Made by a program: the position numbers and the translations under genes
Shown: piece by piece, positions 28,066-36,706 of the stretch
How the letters are laid out: every line of letters begins with the position of its first letter
Position numbering within the stretch: the first letter of the stretch is position 1
Notes under the pieces: generated by a model
What the model was told of the DNA's origin: nothing
The model's database searches: none
Seen by the model: only the letters and a program-made list of their open reading frames with translations
Source of the DNA: Dehalococcoidales bacterium
GTDB lineage: Bacteria > Chloroflexota > Dehalococcoidia > Dehalococcoidales > RBG-16-60-22
DNA: 64,000 nucleotides
Reading direction: 5' to 3'
NCBI GenBank assembly: GCA_034430755.1
Contig: DAOUDY010000028.1
Span: 3,608 to 67,607, forward strand

Positions 28066-28533
28066 ATGGACGAACTGGACCATCGTTTGCTCGCGGAGTT
28101 GACCAAGGATGCCCGGCAGAGCAGCGCGGAGCTATCCCGCAAACTGAATGTGAGCGAGACCACCGTCAGGAGGCGGATTCAGCACCTTGAGGAACAGGGC
28201 ATAGTCACCTTCAGTGCCATTCTGAACCCGTCCAAACTGGGCTATAACATCATCGCCATAATTGCCCTTGAGGTGGAACTGGGTCAAATAGATAAGATTT
28301 CAGAGTCGCTGGCGAGCTGCCCGAACGTGCGCTACGTATCGCTCTGCACCGGCAACCACGATTTATTTATCGGCACCTGGTTCCACTCTTCCAGTGAGCT
28401 GACCCGGTTCGTCAAGGACTACTTGGCCGGTGTGCCCGGAATCAGAAAGAGCGAGACCTTCGTCATCCTGGACGTGAAAAAGGACGAGGTGGGCTGGCTG
28501 AGGAGCCTGGAGCAGCCGGACAGCCCGAAGTAA
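28066..28533 (+). CDS. Lrp/AsnC-family transcriptional regulator
   Basis: MDELDHRLLAELTKDARQSSAELSRKLNVSETTVRRRIQHLEEQGIV (HTH_AsnC) + RAM-like C-terminal domain. 155 aa from ATG 28066 (track ORF starts at 28018). Confidence 0.85.
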   Translation: MDELDHRLLAELTKDARQSSAELSRKLNVSETTVRRRIQHLEEQGIVTFSAILNPSKLGYNIIAIIALEVELGQIDKISESLASCPNVRYVSLCTGNHDLFIGTWFHSSSELTRFVKDYLAGVPGIRKSETFVILDVKKDEVGWLRSLEQPDSPK

Positions 28534-28569
28534 GCCAGCGGACACCCCCGGAAAGTTCAATAAAAGCGT

Positions 28570-29721
28570 TTACTTCGGCCAGGGGTGCCTGGCGATTTCC
28601 TTCTCATTGAGCTCAATGCCAATTCCCGGCTTTTTCGGCAGGTAGAGGTAGCCGTCTCTTATATCGGGCAGCCCGGTGGTGATGTCGTCGCGCCAGGGCA
28701 CGCTGTCGACATCCGTCTCCATAATCTTGAAGTTGGGTATGGAGGCGCAGAAATGAGCGTTCATGAAGGTGGAAAGGTGGCTGTAGTAGTTGTGGGGTGC
28801 CGTCACCGTCTCGTACATATCGGCCAGGGCGGCAATGCGGCGCGATTCAATATAGCCGTTCCAGAGCAGGTCAATCATGCAGACGTCCATGGAGTGCTTT
28901 TCCAGATAGGGGAGATAACCTTTCATGTTGTACAGGCTTTCCCCGGAGCAGATGGGCACTCTGGTTGATTCCTTGACCTGCAGGAGCGCCTCCGGGTCGT
29001 ATATATCCATTTCCAGCCACATCAGGTTGTACGGCTCCACCACCCTGGCGACCTGGATGAAGCCGTCCGTCTTGAAGTTGAAATTCAGGTCCAGGCAGAG
29101 GTCAATATCATCTCCCACCGCCTTGCGGAAGGTGCTCATCAGCCGGTCAATGGTTTTCAGTATGCCGGGGTCGATATTCTGCTCCATAGACCACAGCATG
29201 CGGGGCGGCTCTCCGGGGGTGAGTATGTTTGTCTTGAGCGCGGTATAGCCGCTGGCCGCCACCTCCTCGCCCAGGCGGGCGATATCGTCATACGTTTTCA
29301 AAGCCGGTTTACCGGGGTACAGTTCGGGGTTGCGGGTACGGTAGGTGCCGCAGTGAGACCAGTAGACCCTTATCTTATCGTAAATCGGGCCACCGAAGAG
29401 TTCATAGAGCGGGACGTTGAGTGCCTTGGCCTTGATGTCCCAGAGGGCGATTTCGATGCCGGCGATGGCTTTCTGGGCGATACCTCCGGGGTTGTGCTGG
29501 AAGCGGTGGCACATCTCGCGGTAGAGCCTCTCCACGGCCCGCGGGTCCTTGCCGATGAGGCATGGCTCCAGGTCCTTGACGCAGCCGCCGACGCCGAACG
29601 CGGAGCTGTTGTCGGTGCATTCACTATAGCCGACCAGGCCCTCGTCCGTCTCCACCTTAACGAAGGCGAAGGCCCGCCATCCCCCGTCACAGAAAATCGG
29701 TGTTACCTTGGTAATCTTCAT
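28570..29721 (-). CDS. enolase-superfamily enzyme (mandelate racemase/muconate lactonizing family; acid-sugar dehydratase-like)
   Basis: 383 aa. MKITKVTPIFCDGGWRAFAFVKVETDEGLVGYSECTD capping domain, then barrel with DLCLDLN / WLEMD / SGES metal-ligand-like motifs. Confidence 0.85.
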   Translation of the reverse strand: MKITKVTPIFCDGGWRAFAFVKVETDEGLVGYSECTDNSSAFGVGGCVKDLEPCLIGKDPRAVERLYREMCHRFQHNPGGIAQKAIAGIEIALWDIKAKALNVPLYELFGGPIYDKIRVYWSHCGTYRTRNPELYPGKPALKTYDDIARLGEEVAASGYTALKTNILTPGEPPRMLWSMEQNIDPGILKTIDRLMSTFRKAVGDDIDLCLDLNFNFKTDGFIQVARVVEPYNLMWLEMDIYDPEALLQVKESTRVPICSGESLYNMKGYLPYLEKHSMDVCMIDLLWNGYIESRRIAALADMYETVTAPHNYYSHLSTFMNAHFCASIPNFKIMETDVDSVPWRDDITTGLPDIRDGYLYLPKKPGIGIELNEKEIARHPWPK

Positions 29722-29760
29722 TCTTTAATCCTCCAGAATGTTGAAATTGTGCGCTGCCGC

Positions 29761-30852
29761 CTACCGGAATTGACGGCATTTCTCCTCCAGGGCGCCGAGC
29801 AGCTTATCAAAGGAATCGCTGAACGCCTTCACGCCGTCCACCTGCAATTGCTCGGTAATGGCATCCAGGTCAATGCCGGTCTTTTTCAGGTCTTTCAGGA
29901 CCTGCTCAGCTTCCGCTATGCCTTCATTCAGCGTGTCTCTGACCTCGCCGTGGTCAAGAAAAACGTCCAGCGTTTCCGTGGGCAGGGTATTCACCGTATC
30001 CGGCCCCATCAGTTCCTCAACGTACTTCACGTCGGAGTAGTCGGGGTTTTTGGTGCTGGTGCTTCCCCAGAGCACCCGCTGAATGCGGGCGCCACGCTCT
30101 CGCTGTCTGGCGAACTCCTCGCCAGCGAAGACCTCTTTGAAGCGCCGGTAGACGAGCTTGGAGTTGGCCACCGCCGCTTTGCCGCGCAGCGATAGCGCCT
30201 CTGCGGTGCCGAGCTTCTCCAGTTCGCGGTCGGCATATGTGTCCACGCGGCTGACGAAGAAAGAGGCCACCGAAGCTATCTGCCGCGGATTGGAACACCG
30301 GGCGATTCCGTTAAGGTATGCCCGGGAAACCGCCTCATAGTGTGCCATGGAGAACATGAGCGTGATGTTGATATTGATGCCTTCGGCAATCATTTGTTCA
30401 ACGGCCGGGATACCCGGCGGGGTGGCCGGCACTTTAATCATCAGGTTGGGCCGGTCCACCAGCCGCCACAGGCGGCGCACCTCGGAGATTGTCCCATCCG
30501 TGTCATAGGCCAGTTCCGGGTTCGGCTCCAGGCTGACCAGCCCGTTCACGCCAGCGCTGGCCTCATAAACGGGGCGGAAAACGTCGGCGGCCATCTGGAT
30601 ATCCTCTACGGTAAGGCGGTCGTAGATGTCCATGACGCCGGCGTCAGGGCTGGATTTCAGGATGGACTTTATCGCTTCATCATAGTCCTGGCCCTGGGTA
30701 ATCGCTTTGTGAAAGATGCTGGGATTGCTGGTCATGCCACTCACGCCGTCAGCCACCAGTTGCTTTAGCTGGCCGCTGGTTATCAGACCCCGCTGAATGA
30801 AATCGAGCCATACAGACTGGCCCAGTTTCTGGACTTCTTTCAGCTTTTCCAT
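29761..30852 (-). CDS. tal: transaldolase
   Basis: 363 aa. GQSVWLDFIQRG, GMTSNPSIF, LMIKVPAT (Schiff-base Lys context). Confidence 0.85.
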   Translation of the reverse strand: MEKLKEVQKLGQSVWLDFIQRGLITSGQLKQLVADGVSGMTSNPSIFHKAITQGQDYDEAIKSILKSSPDAGVMDIYDRLTVEDIQMAADVFRPVYEASAGVNGLVSLEPNPELAYDTDGTISEVRRLWRLVDRPNLMIKVPATPPGIPAVEQMIAEGININITLMFSMAHYEAVSRAYLNGIARCSNPRQIASVASFFVSRVDTYADRELEKLGTAEALSLRGKAAVANSKLVYRRFKEVFAGEEFARQRERGARIQRVLWGSTSTKNPDYSDVKYVEELMGPDTVNTLPTETLDVFLDHGEVRDTLNEGIAEAEQVLKDLKKTGIDLDAITEQLQVDGVKAFSDSFDKLLGALEEKCRQFR

Positions 30853-30882
30853 CGTCTTCCTCCTTGCTCGGAGTTATACAGT

Positions 30883-31581
30883 CTAAATTACAACCTCCAT
30901 GCCGTCATAGGCAAGTATTGCCTCCGGATGGTCACGGGCGAATTCGTCTTCAGCGGCGATGCTCTCCCTGCCGAGGTGGGTGAAAATGATGTGGTCGATG
31001 CCGTACTTGCGGCACCAGTTCATCTGCGTCGTCATCCGGGTATGCCCGAAAAGGGCCTCGCCTCTTCTTCTCACCAGGTTGGCCTTTATCGCGGAGCCGT
31101 CGCCGATATAGTAATCGACATCGGCCAGCACTTCCGCCTTGTTTACAATATCCACCAGGTCGGAGTTATAGACCAGCGTTTTATCCTGCATTTTCACTTT
31201 ATACCCGACTGCGGGACATCGTATGGAATGAAGCACGCGGTAAGCCAGGAATTTAAAACTCCCCTCCGTGATATACGTATCGGGTTCGATAACACGGCTG
31301 TTTGACGGCCTGAATTTACCATAGGCGAGCGTCTCTTCCGTCAGGTAAACCGGGATATCGGTCTGGATATCCCGTTCCAGCCATACATAGTGGTCCGGAT
31401 GAGCGTGCGTTATGAGTAAGGCATCCGGCGCCAGCTCTTCCAGATTATACCGATGAAGCGTTCCGTAATCAATGAGCAATCGGTCATCATTTGAGACGAT
31501 GAGCAGTGAGGAATGATACCGGTGTTTCTCGTTCGATTCCTCGATTTCCCCCTTGGTGCCCAGAAAAGTCAGCTTCAACAC
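30883..31581 (-). CDS. MBL-fold metallo-hydrolase
   Basis: 232 aa. LITHAHPDHY (HxHxDH) motif. Confidence 0.75.
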   Translation of the reverse strand: MLKLTFLGTKGEIEESNEKHRYHSSLLIVSNDDRLLIDYGTLHRYNLEELAPDALLITHAHPDHYVWLERDIQTDIPVYLTEETLAYGKFRPSNSRVIEPDTYITEGSFKFLAYRVLHSIRCPAVGYKVKMQDKTLVYNSDLVDIVNKAEVLADVDYYIGDGSAIKANLVRRRGEALFGHTRMTTQMNWCRKYGIDHIIFTHLGRESIAAEDEFARDHPEAILAYDGMEVVI

Positions 31582-31590
31582 GGTATCTCT

Positions 31591-34119
31591 TTATTGCCGG
31601 CTCATTATATTTATCGCGCCGTATTTCACGAAGGCGAAGAAAACGAACAGGTAGCAGATGACGCCGGCCAGCAGTGCCTGGGCGAAGCCGAGGCCGATGG
31701 CGATGACAATGGTCAATGCCGAACCCAGCACTGACCCCACGCCGTTCAGGCCCCACATCCAGGGGATATATCTATCCATCTCAACTTCTTTCAGCGCCCT
31801 GATGCCAAGCGGAAACGGGAAGCCCATTAGAAACCCCAGAGGTACCAGCATGAGCACCATGACCAGCAAGCGCAGCGCCAGGTTGAGCCCCAGCAGCTGG
31901 TTGAAAACGAGTGGGATGAGAAAGATGTAAACGAGTGCCAGTACGGCAATGGCGATGGCGGCCGTCGCTATCCCCTTAAATATCTTGTCATGGGTCAGGC
32001 GGCCGCTGTACAGACTGCCCAGACCGGCGCCGGTCAGCAGTGAAAACAGCAGGACGGCCATGGACAGCACCGGCTGGCCGAGGTAGAGGATGAATCTCTG
32101 TATCAGTGAAATCTCAATGAGCATGAAACCGATGCCGATGAAGGCAAACAGGAGCACGGGTCGGGTTAACCCGGTCTTCGTGCTCCGGCGGCTCTTACTC
32201 TGGCCCCGCCCGCGGGAAGAACGCAGGTTCCAGTATACTGGTGGGCCCACCAGTACGAGCAGCAGCAGGACCAGAGAAAACCAGAAGACCAGCGACACCG
32301 GCTGCGGCAGCCCCGCGTCAATCTTGTAGAAGAACGGGCGGTTATCGGTAACGGTGGACAGGTCCATGCCCATTCCTCTGGCGATTTCGGCAATCTGGCG
32401 GAAGCTCACGTCTCCGCTGGCGAGGTCCTGGAGCGTCGGGTTCACCGCTCCCTCATCCTCAAGGTACGGGAAATAAGCGAGAGTGGGCTCGTAGCCCAGC
32501 TGGAGCATTTTCTCATGTCTGACCAGTGCCTCTTCGGGCGCAAACGGCGTCTTTTTCAGGACAAAACACGGATATACGCTTTGGCCCGAGCTCAGGCCAA
32601 ACATGTAAATCTGCTTGAGTGCGTCGGCATTGCTGATATTTTCCTTCTCGAGAGACGCCAGCGAGATGGCCAGCAGCCGCCAGGCGGTGAAATCATCATG
32701 GGTCACCACCACGAGTCGCCCTTCCTCGGTCAGGTGGCCCCGGTAATCATGAATCGACTCCGTGGTGAACAGGAAATTTTCCGTCAGAGAATAGCCTTCA
32801 AGGCTGCGGCTGGTCTGGGTAACCGGAAGGCTGAGCATGATGATGTCGTACTTCTCCGTCTGGCGTTTGAGGAAATTCCGGCCCTCATCAACGATGACCT
32901 TTACACTGGGAAAATCGGTGAAGATGCCGCCGTTGTACCCGGCATAGTCCTGCACCATATCCACGAGGTCGGGATTCACCTCAACGGCAGTGGTCTCGCC
33001 AACGCCGCCCATGAGCGTCAGCAGCACATCTCTGCCGCCGCCGGGACCGATGACCAGGGCGTTGTCTTTTTCATCTTCGGCGAGAAAGTAGAAGGGGAAG
33101 TAGCCGGAAAAAGTGGTCTTGAGGCTTTGCACGGCTTTGTCCGGGTTTTCTAGGTCGCCGCTGAACCGGTACATCGGCGCTGTGGCGGTGCCGTCCAGAT
33201 ATATCTCCATGAGCTGCGGATACCGGGCATACTCAACCAGGTCGGTCCGCCCGAAGGCGCTCCACCTCGTTTCAATTATCCGCGCCGGGGAGGACTTCTC
33301 ATACAGGGCGCGGTGAATATCCTTGTCGGGGTTTTTCCCGATGATGGGGATATCGCTCAGATAGGCCGCCGACGAATTGGTAATCAAAAGTATGGCGGCG
33401 ATGATAAAGCTGGCCGCCGGAAATGCCGCCCGCCAGTTGACTTTCCCGGGCATTCTGCTGGCAAAGAGGAGCGCGGCCGCGCCCGCGGTTACGCCGAGGA
33501 AAAAGCCGGTGTTGACGGCGCCGAAAGCATCGAGGAAGAAGATGATGCCCAGCGAGCCGAGGGCAGCCCCGACCAGGTCGGCGCCGTAAACCCGGGCGCT
33601 TATCTCCGGGAAGGTTCGGAAAACCTCAGCCAGCAAGATTCCGGTGAAGAAAAATGGGAGGAACAGCAGGACACAGTAAAACAGGATGTTATTCAGCGCG
33701 CTGTCCAGATAGCCAATCCGGACCATAAGTATGACCGAAATCGGTATTGCCAGCGCTATGAAGCTGGCGAACAGTGCCAGCGGGCCAAACCGGCTGTTGG
33801 GACTGGCTGGCTGCGAACGGAAGAGATAAACAAATATGCCGCCGAGGCCCAGGCCCAGCAAAGCCAGGGAAACGATAGCGAACACGTAATGATAGAGAAT
33901 CAGTACTGAGAGCAGCCTGGAGAGGGCTATCTCGAAGGCCAGCATGCTGAATGAGGTGAGGAAAACCCCGATTAACAAAATCCATAATGTGCCTCTGGTC
34001 AGGCCCTTGTCCTCAGAGGCGGTATTGGTGGCTGGTGCCATATCGCTGCCTCTTTTCATGTTTCCCGGCTTAAAACGATTATAACATACTGCTCGTTGCA
34101 TAAGCGTGGTCTGGCTCAA
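31591..34119 (-). CDS. polytopic membrane protein with central spermidine-synthase-like (SAM-fold) domain
   Basis: 842 aa in track. The true start is probably one of the internal Met residues (MKRGSDMAP...). ~7 N-terminal TM, then ALVIGPGGGRDVLLTL...AVEVNPDLVDMV...YDIIMLSLP (SpeE-like), then ~6 C-terminal TM. Confidence 0.7.
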   Translation of the reverse strand: MSQTTLMQRAVCYNRFKPGNMKRGSDMAPATNTASEDKGLTRGTLWILLIGVFLTSFSMLAFEIALSRLLSVLILYHYVFAIVSLALLGLGLGGIFVYLFRSQPASPNSRFGPLALFASFIALAIPISVILMVRIGYLDSALNNILFYCVLLFLPFFFTGILLAEVFRTFPEISARVYGADLVGAALGSLGIIFFLDAFGAVNTGFFLGVTAGAAALLFASRMPGKVNWRAAFPAASFIIAAILLITNSSAAYLSDIPIIGKNPDKDIHRALYEKSSPARIIETRWSAFGRTDLVEYARYPQLMEIYLDGTATAPMYRFSGDLENPDKAVQSLKTTFSGYFPFYFLAEDEKDNALVIGPGGGRDVLLTLMGGVGETTAVEVNPDLVDMVQDYAGYNGGIFTDFPSVKVIVDEGRNFLKRQTEKYDIIMLSLPVTQTSRSLEGYSLTENFLFTTESIHDYRGHLTEEGRLVVVTHDDFTAWRLLAISLASLEKENISNADALKQIYMFGLSSGQSVYPCFVLKKTPFAPEEALVRHEKMLQLGYEPTLAYFPYLEDEGAVNPTLQDLASGDVSFRQIAEIARGMGMDLSTVTDNRPFFYKIDAGLPQPVSLVFWFSLVLLLLVLVGPPVYWNLRSSRGRGQSKSRRSTKTGLTRPVLLFAFIGIGFMLIEISLIQRFILYLGQPVLSMAVLLFSLLTGAGLGSLYSGRLTHDKIFKGIATAAIAIAVLALVYIFLIPLVFNQLLGLNLALRLLVMVLMLVPLGFLMGFPFPLGIRALKEVEMDRYIPWMWGLNGVGSVLGSALTIVIAIGLGFAQALLAGVICYLFVFFAFVKYGAINIMSRQ

Positions 34120-34225
34120 TCACCGGTGGAAAGCACCGCAGGGCGAATAGCTGACATGATGTTGGCCATGCTTTATAATAGAGATTAACCCGCAACGTGA
34201 ACTAAGGGGCATGAAGGAGGGAATA

Positions 34226-35251
34226 ATGCCAGAAACGCGATTCAGAGTGATGCGAGTGGAGAATAAATCCCAGGCCCCCGCGGCACTGAGAGATCTTGAG
34301 ATTGAAACTGAAGTGCTTTCCCGGGTCAATGCTGACGTGGTGGAGGCAGATTGCCAAACGGAAGACGAGATAATTGAAGCGGCACAGGATGCCGATGCCC
34401 TGCTGGTGGTCTTTGCCCCGATAACGCGCCGGGTTCTGTCGTCCCTGCCGAAATTGAAGGTGGTCGTCAGATACGGCGTTGGCTACGATACGGTTGATGC
34501 CGACGCCGCCACTGATAGCAATGTACTTGTGGTCAATATCCCCGATTTCTGCCTCGAGGAGGTATCTGACCACGCCTTGGCCCTGCTGCTTGCCTGTGCC
34601 CGGCGTCTGGTCTGGTCGACGGAGGGGGTGAAGCAGGGACGCTGGGGTGATGTCCAGCTAGGGACAATAAACGAGCCATCTCTATTTGAGCAAACGCTGG
34701 GGATAGCTGGCTGCGGCAATATCGGGCGCCGGATAGCAAAGAAGGCGCGGTGCTTCGGCCTGAAAACAATCGGCTACGACCCCTATCTGGATAAATCGGC
34801 CGCCGACAAGCACGGCATAAGGCTGGTCGGCCTTCCCGAACTGCTGAAAGAATCGGATTACGTCTGCCTGCAAACTCCTCTGAACCAGGAAACCCATCGC
34901 CTGATTGGTGAGAAGGAATTAAAGCAGATGAAGCCCACCGCTTATCTGATAAATACGGCACGGGGAGCGGTGGTGGATGAAGCGGCGCTTATCAAGGCCC
35001 TGCGGGAGAAGTGGATTGCCGGTGCCGGACTGGACGTATTCGAGAAGGAACCGATTGCGCCGGATAGCCCGCTGCTCAAGATGGACAGCGTTGTGCTCAC
35101 TCCTCACTCTTCCGTGCACACGAGCACGGCGATGAAGCGGCTCAGATTGAGCGTGGCACAGGAGGCCGCCAGGGTGCTCACCGGGAAATGGCCGCGCCAC
35201 CGGGTGAACAGGGGCGTGAAGCCCAAGGTCGACCTGGTAAAGGAAGATTAA
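34226..35251 (+). CDS. D-isomer-specific 2-hydroxyacid dehydrogenase (CtBP/PGDH-like)
   Basis: GIAGCGNIGRRIAKKA NAD motif, NTARGAVVDEAAL, GAGLDVFEKEP. Start moved to ATG 34226, directly after AAGGAGGG (track start 34211). Confidence 0.85.
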   Translation: MPETRFRVMRVENKSQAPAALRDLEIETEVLSRVNADVVEADCQTEDEIIEAAQDADALLVVFAPITRRVLSSLPKLKVVVRYGVGYDTVDADAATDSNVLVVNIPDFCLEEVSDHALALLLACARRLVWSTEGVKQGRWGDVQLGTINEPSLFEQTLGIAGCGNIGRRIAKKARCFGLKTIGYDPYLDKSAADKHGIRLVGLPELLKESDYVCLQTPLNQETHRLIGEKELKQMKPTAYLINTARGAVVDEAALIKALREKWIAGAGLDVFEKEPIAPDSPLLKMDSVVLTPHSSVHTSTAMKRLRLSVAQEAARVLTGKWPRHRVNRGVKPKVDLVKED

Positions 35252-35289
35252 CGACCGCCGCTTATTTTCCCCTCTCGCCAGAGAGCGCC

Positions 35290-36651
35290 TTAATCCAGCG
35301 GCGGGCGGAGGTTCACTTTTAGAACGTGCTCGCACCATCTGGCTATCGCCAGCAGGCGGTCTTCGGCTCCGGGAGGGCCGGCCAGCTGGATGGCCAGCGG
35401 AAGACGGTTCTGGCTGAGGCCGGACGGCAGGCTGATTGATGGCGCTCCCATTATGGTCCAGGGGCCCTGCATCACCGGACTTCCCGTTGAGGCCAGGCCG
35501 TGGGGCGCCGCACCCGGTATTCCCGGCGTAAGCAGGGCGTCCGTCTTGTGTAGCAGCGGCTCCATATCGGAGCGCTGCTGAAGGCGCACTTTAAGCGCCT
35601 TTTCATAATCGGCGGCAGTTACCGTCTGGCCATCTTCAATCAATTTCCTTATGCCTTCGCGATATTTATCCCCGTGTCTGGCAAAGGACTCCCGGTGGCT
35701 GGCGGCCGCCTCGACGGCCATGATAATACGGGCATTGTCGATCATGGTGGCGAAGCTGGGGGGCGGAATAACTTCTTCGATGGTGGCGCCAGCCTGCCCC
35801 AGGCGGGCAGCGATTTCATCAGTGTGCCGGCGCATTTCCTCGTCGGCGTGGTCATAGAAAAAGGCGCGTACCAGCCCCAGCCGGGGCGGCGACTGCTTTT
35901 CCAGAGATGCCAGGCAGTCGGGGACAGGCTCGTTGAGCGAGAGGATGTCTTTGGGGTCGTGCCCGGCAATGGCCTGGAAGACGAGCGCCGCGTCTGAAAC
36001 CGTGCGGGCTAGTATGCCAACGTGGTCCAGGGTCGGGCTCACCGGCACCACGCCATAAGTGCTGATTCGGCCGTACTGGGGCTTGAATCCAACGATGCCG
36101 TTATAGGCGGCGGGCCGCAGCACCGAGCCGAGGGTCTGGCTGCCCAGCGCGGCCGGGCACATGCCGGCGGCAACACCGGCACCGGAGCCGCTGCTTGAGC
36201 CTCCGGGAGTGTGCTCCGTGTTCCAGGGGTTGCGGGTGGGTGCGGGGTCCATATGGGCGAACTCGGTGGTGTGCGTCTTGCCTAGGACGATGGCGCCGGC
36301 GTCTTTCAGGCGGGCGACCGACGTGGCATCATAATCGGGAACAAAGCCAGCCCAGGCTCTGGAGCCGGCTTCGGTCTTTAGCCCTGCGGTGTAGAAAATG
36401 TCTTTGATGCCAACTGGTATGCCATGAAGCGCACCGCGCCTTTTGCCCTGCGCCAGTTCCTGCTCCAGTTGCTGTGCTGTGGCAAGGGCGCCCTCCCGGT
36501 CAACCAGTGCCCACGCTTTTATTTCATCGTCAACGGCGTCAATTCTTTCCAGGCATGAGTTGACCAGTTGCGAGGGAGTCAGCTTGCCGGAAGCTATTGC
36601 GGACGCTGCCTCGGCGACGGTAAGTGAGTACGGTTGCTTTTCAGCGGACAT
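35290..36651 (-). CDS. amidase (amidase-signature family, GatA-like)
   Basis: 453 aa. GGSSSGSGAGVAAG signature and GIPVGIKD. Confidence 0.85.
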   Translation of the reverse strand: MSAEKQPYSLTVAEAASAIASGKLTPSQLVNSCLERIDAVDDEIKAWALVDREGALATAQQLEQELAQGKRRGALHGIPVGIKDIFYTAGLKTEAGSRAWAGFVPDYDATSVARLKDAGAIVLGKTHTTEFAHMDPAPTRNPWNTEHTPGGSSSGSGAGVAAGMCPAALGSQTLGSVLRPAAYNGIVGFKPQYGRISTYGVVPVSPTLDHVGILARTVSDAALVFQAIAGHDPKDILSLNEPVPDCLASLEKQSPPRLGLVRAFFYDHADEEMRRHTDEIAARLGQAGATIEEVIPPPSFATMIDNARIIMAVEAAASHRESFARHGDKYREGIRKLIEDGQTVTAADYEKALKVRLQQRSDMEPLLHKTDALLTPGIPGAAPHGLASTGSPVMQGPWTIMGAPSISLPSGLSQNRLPLAIQLAGPPGAEDRLLAIARWCEHVLKVNLRPPLD

Positions 36652-36706
36652 CTTAAAACTCCTCTCAGCAAAGCAATCGAATTAATTTCACCTGGCGGTG
36701 TCAGTC

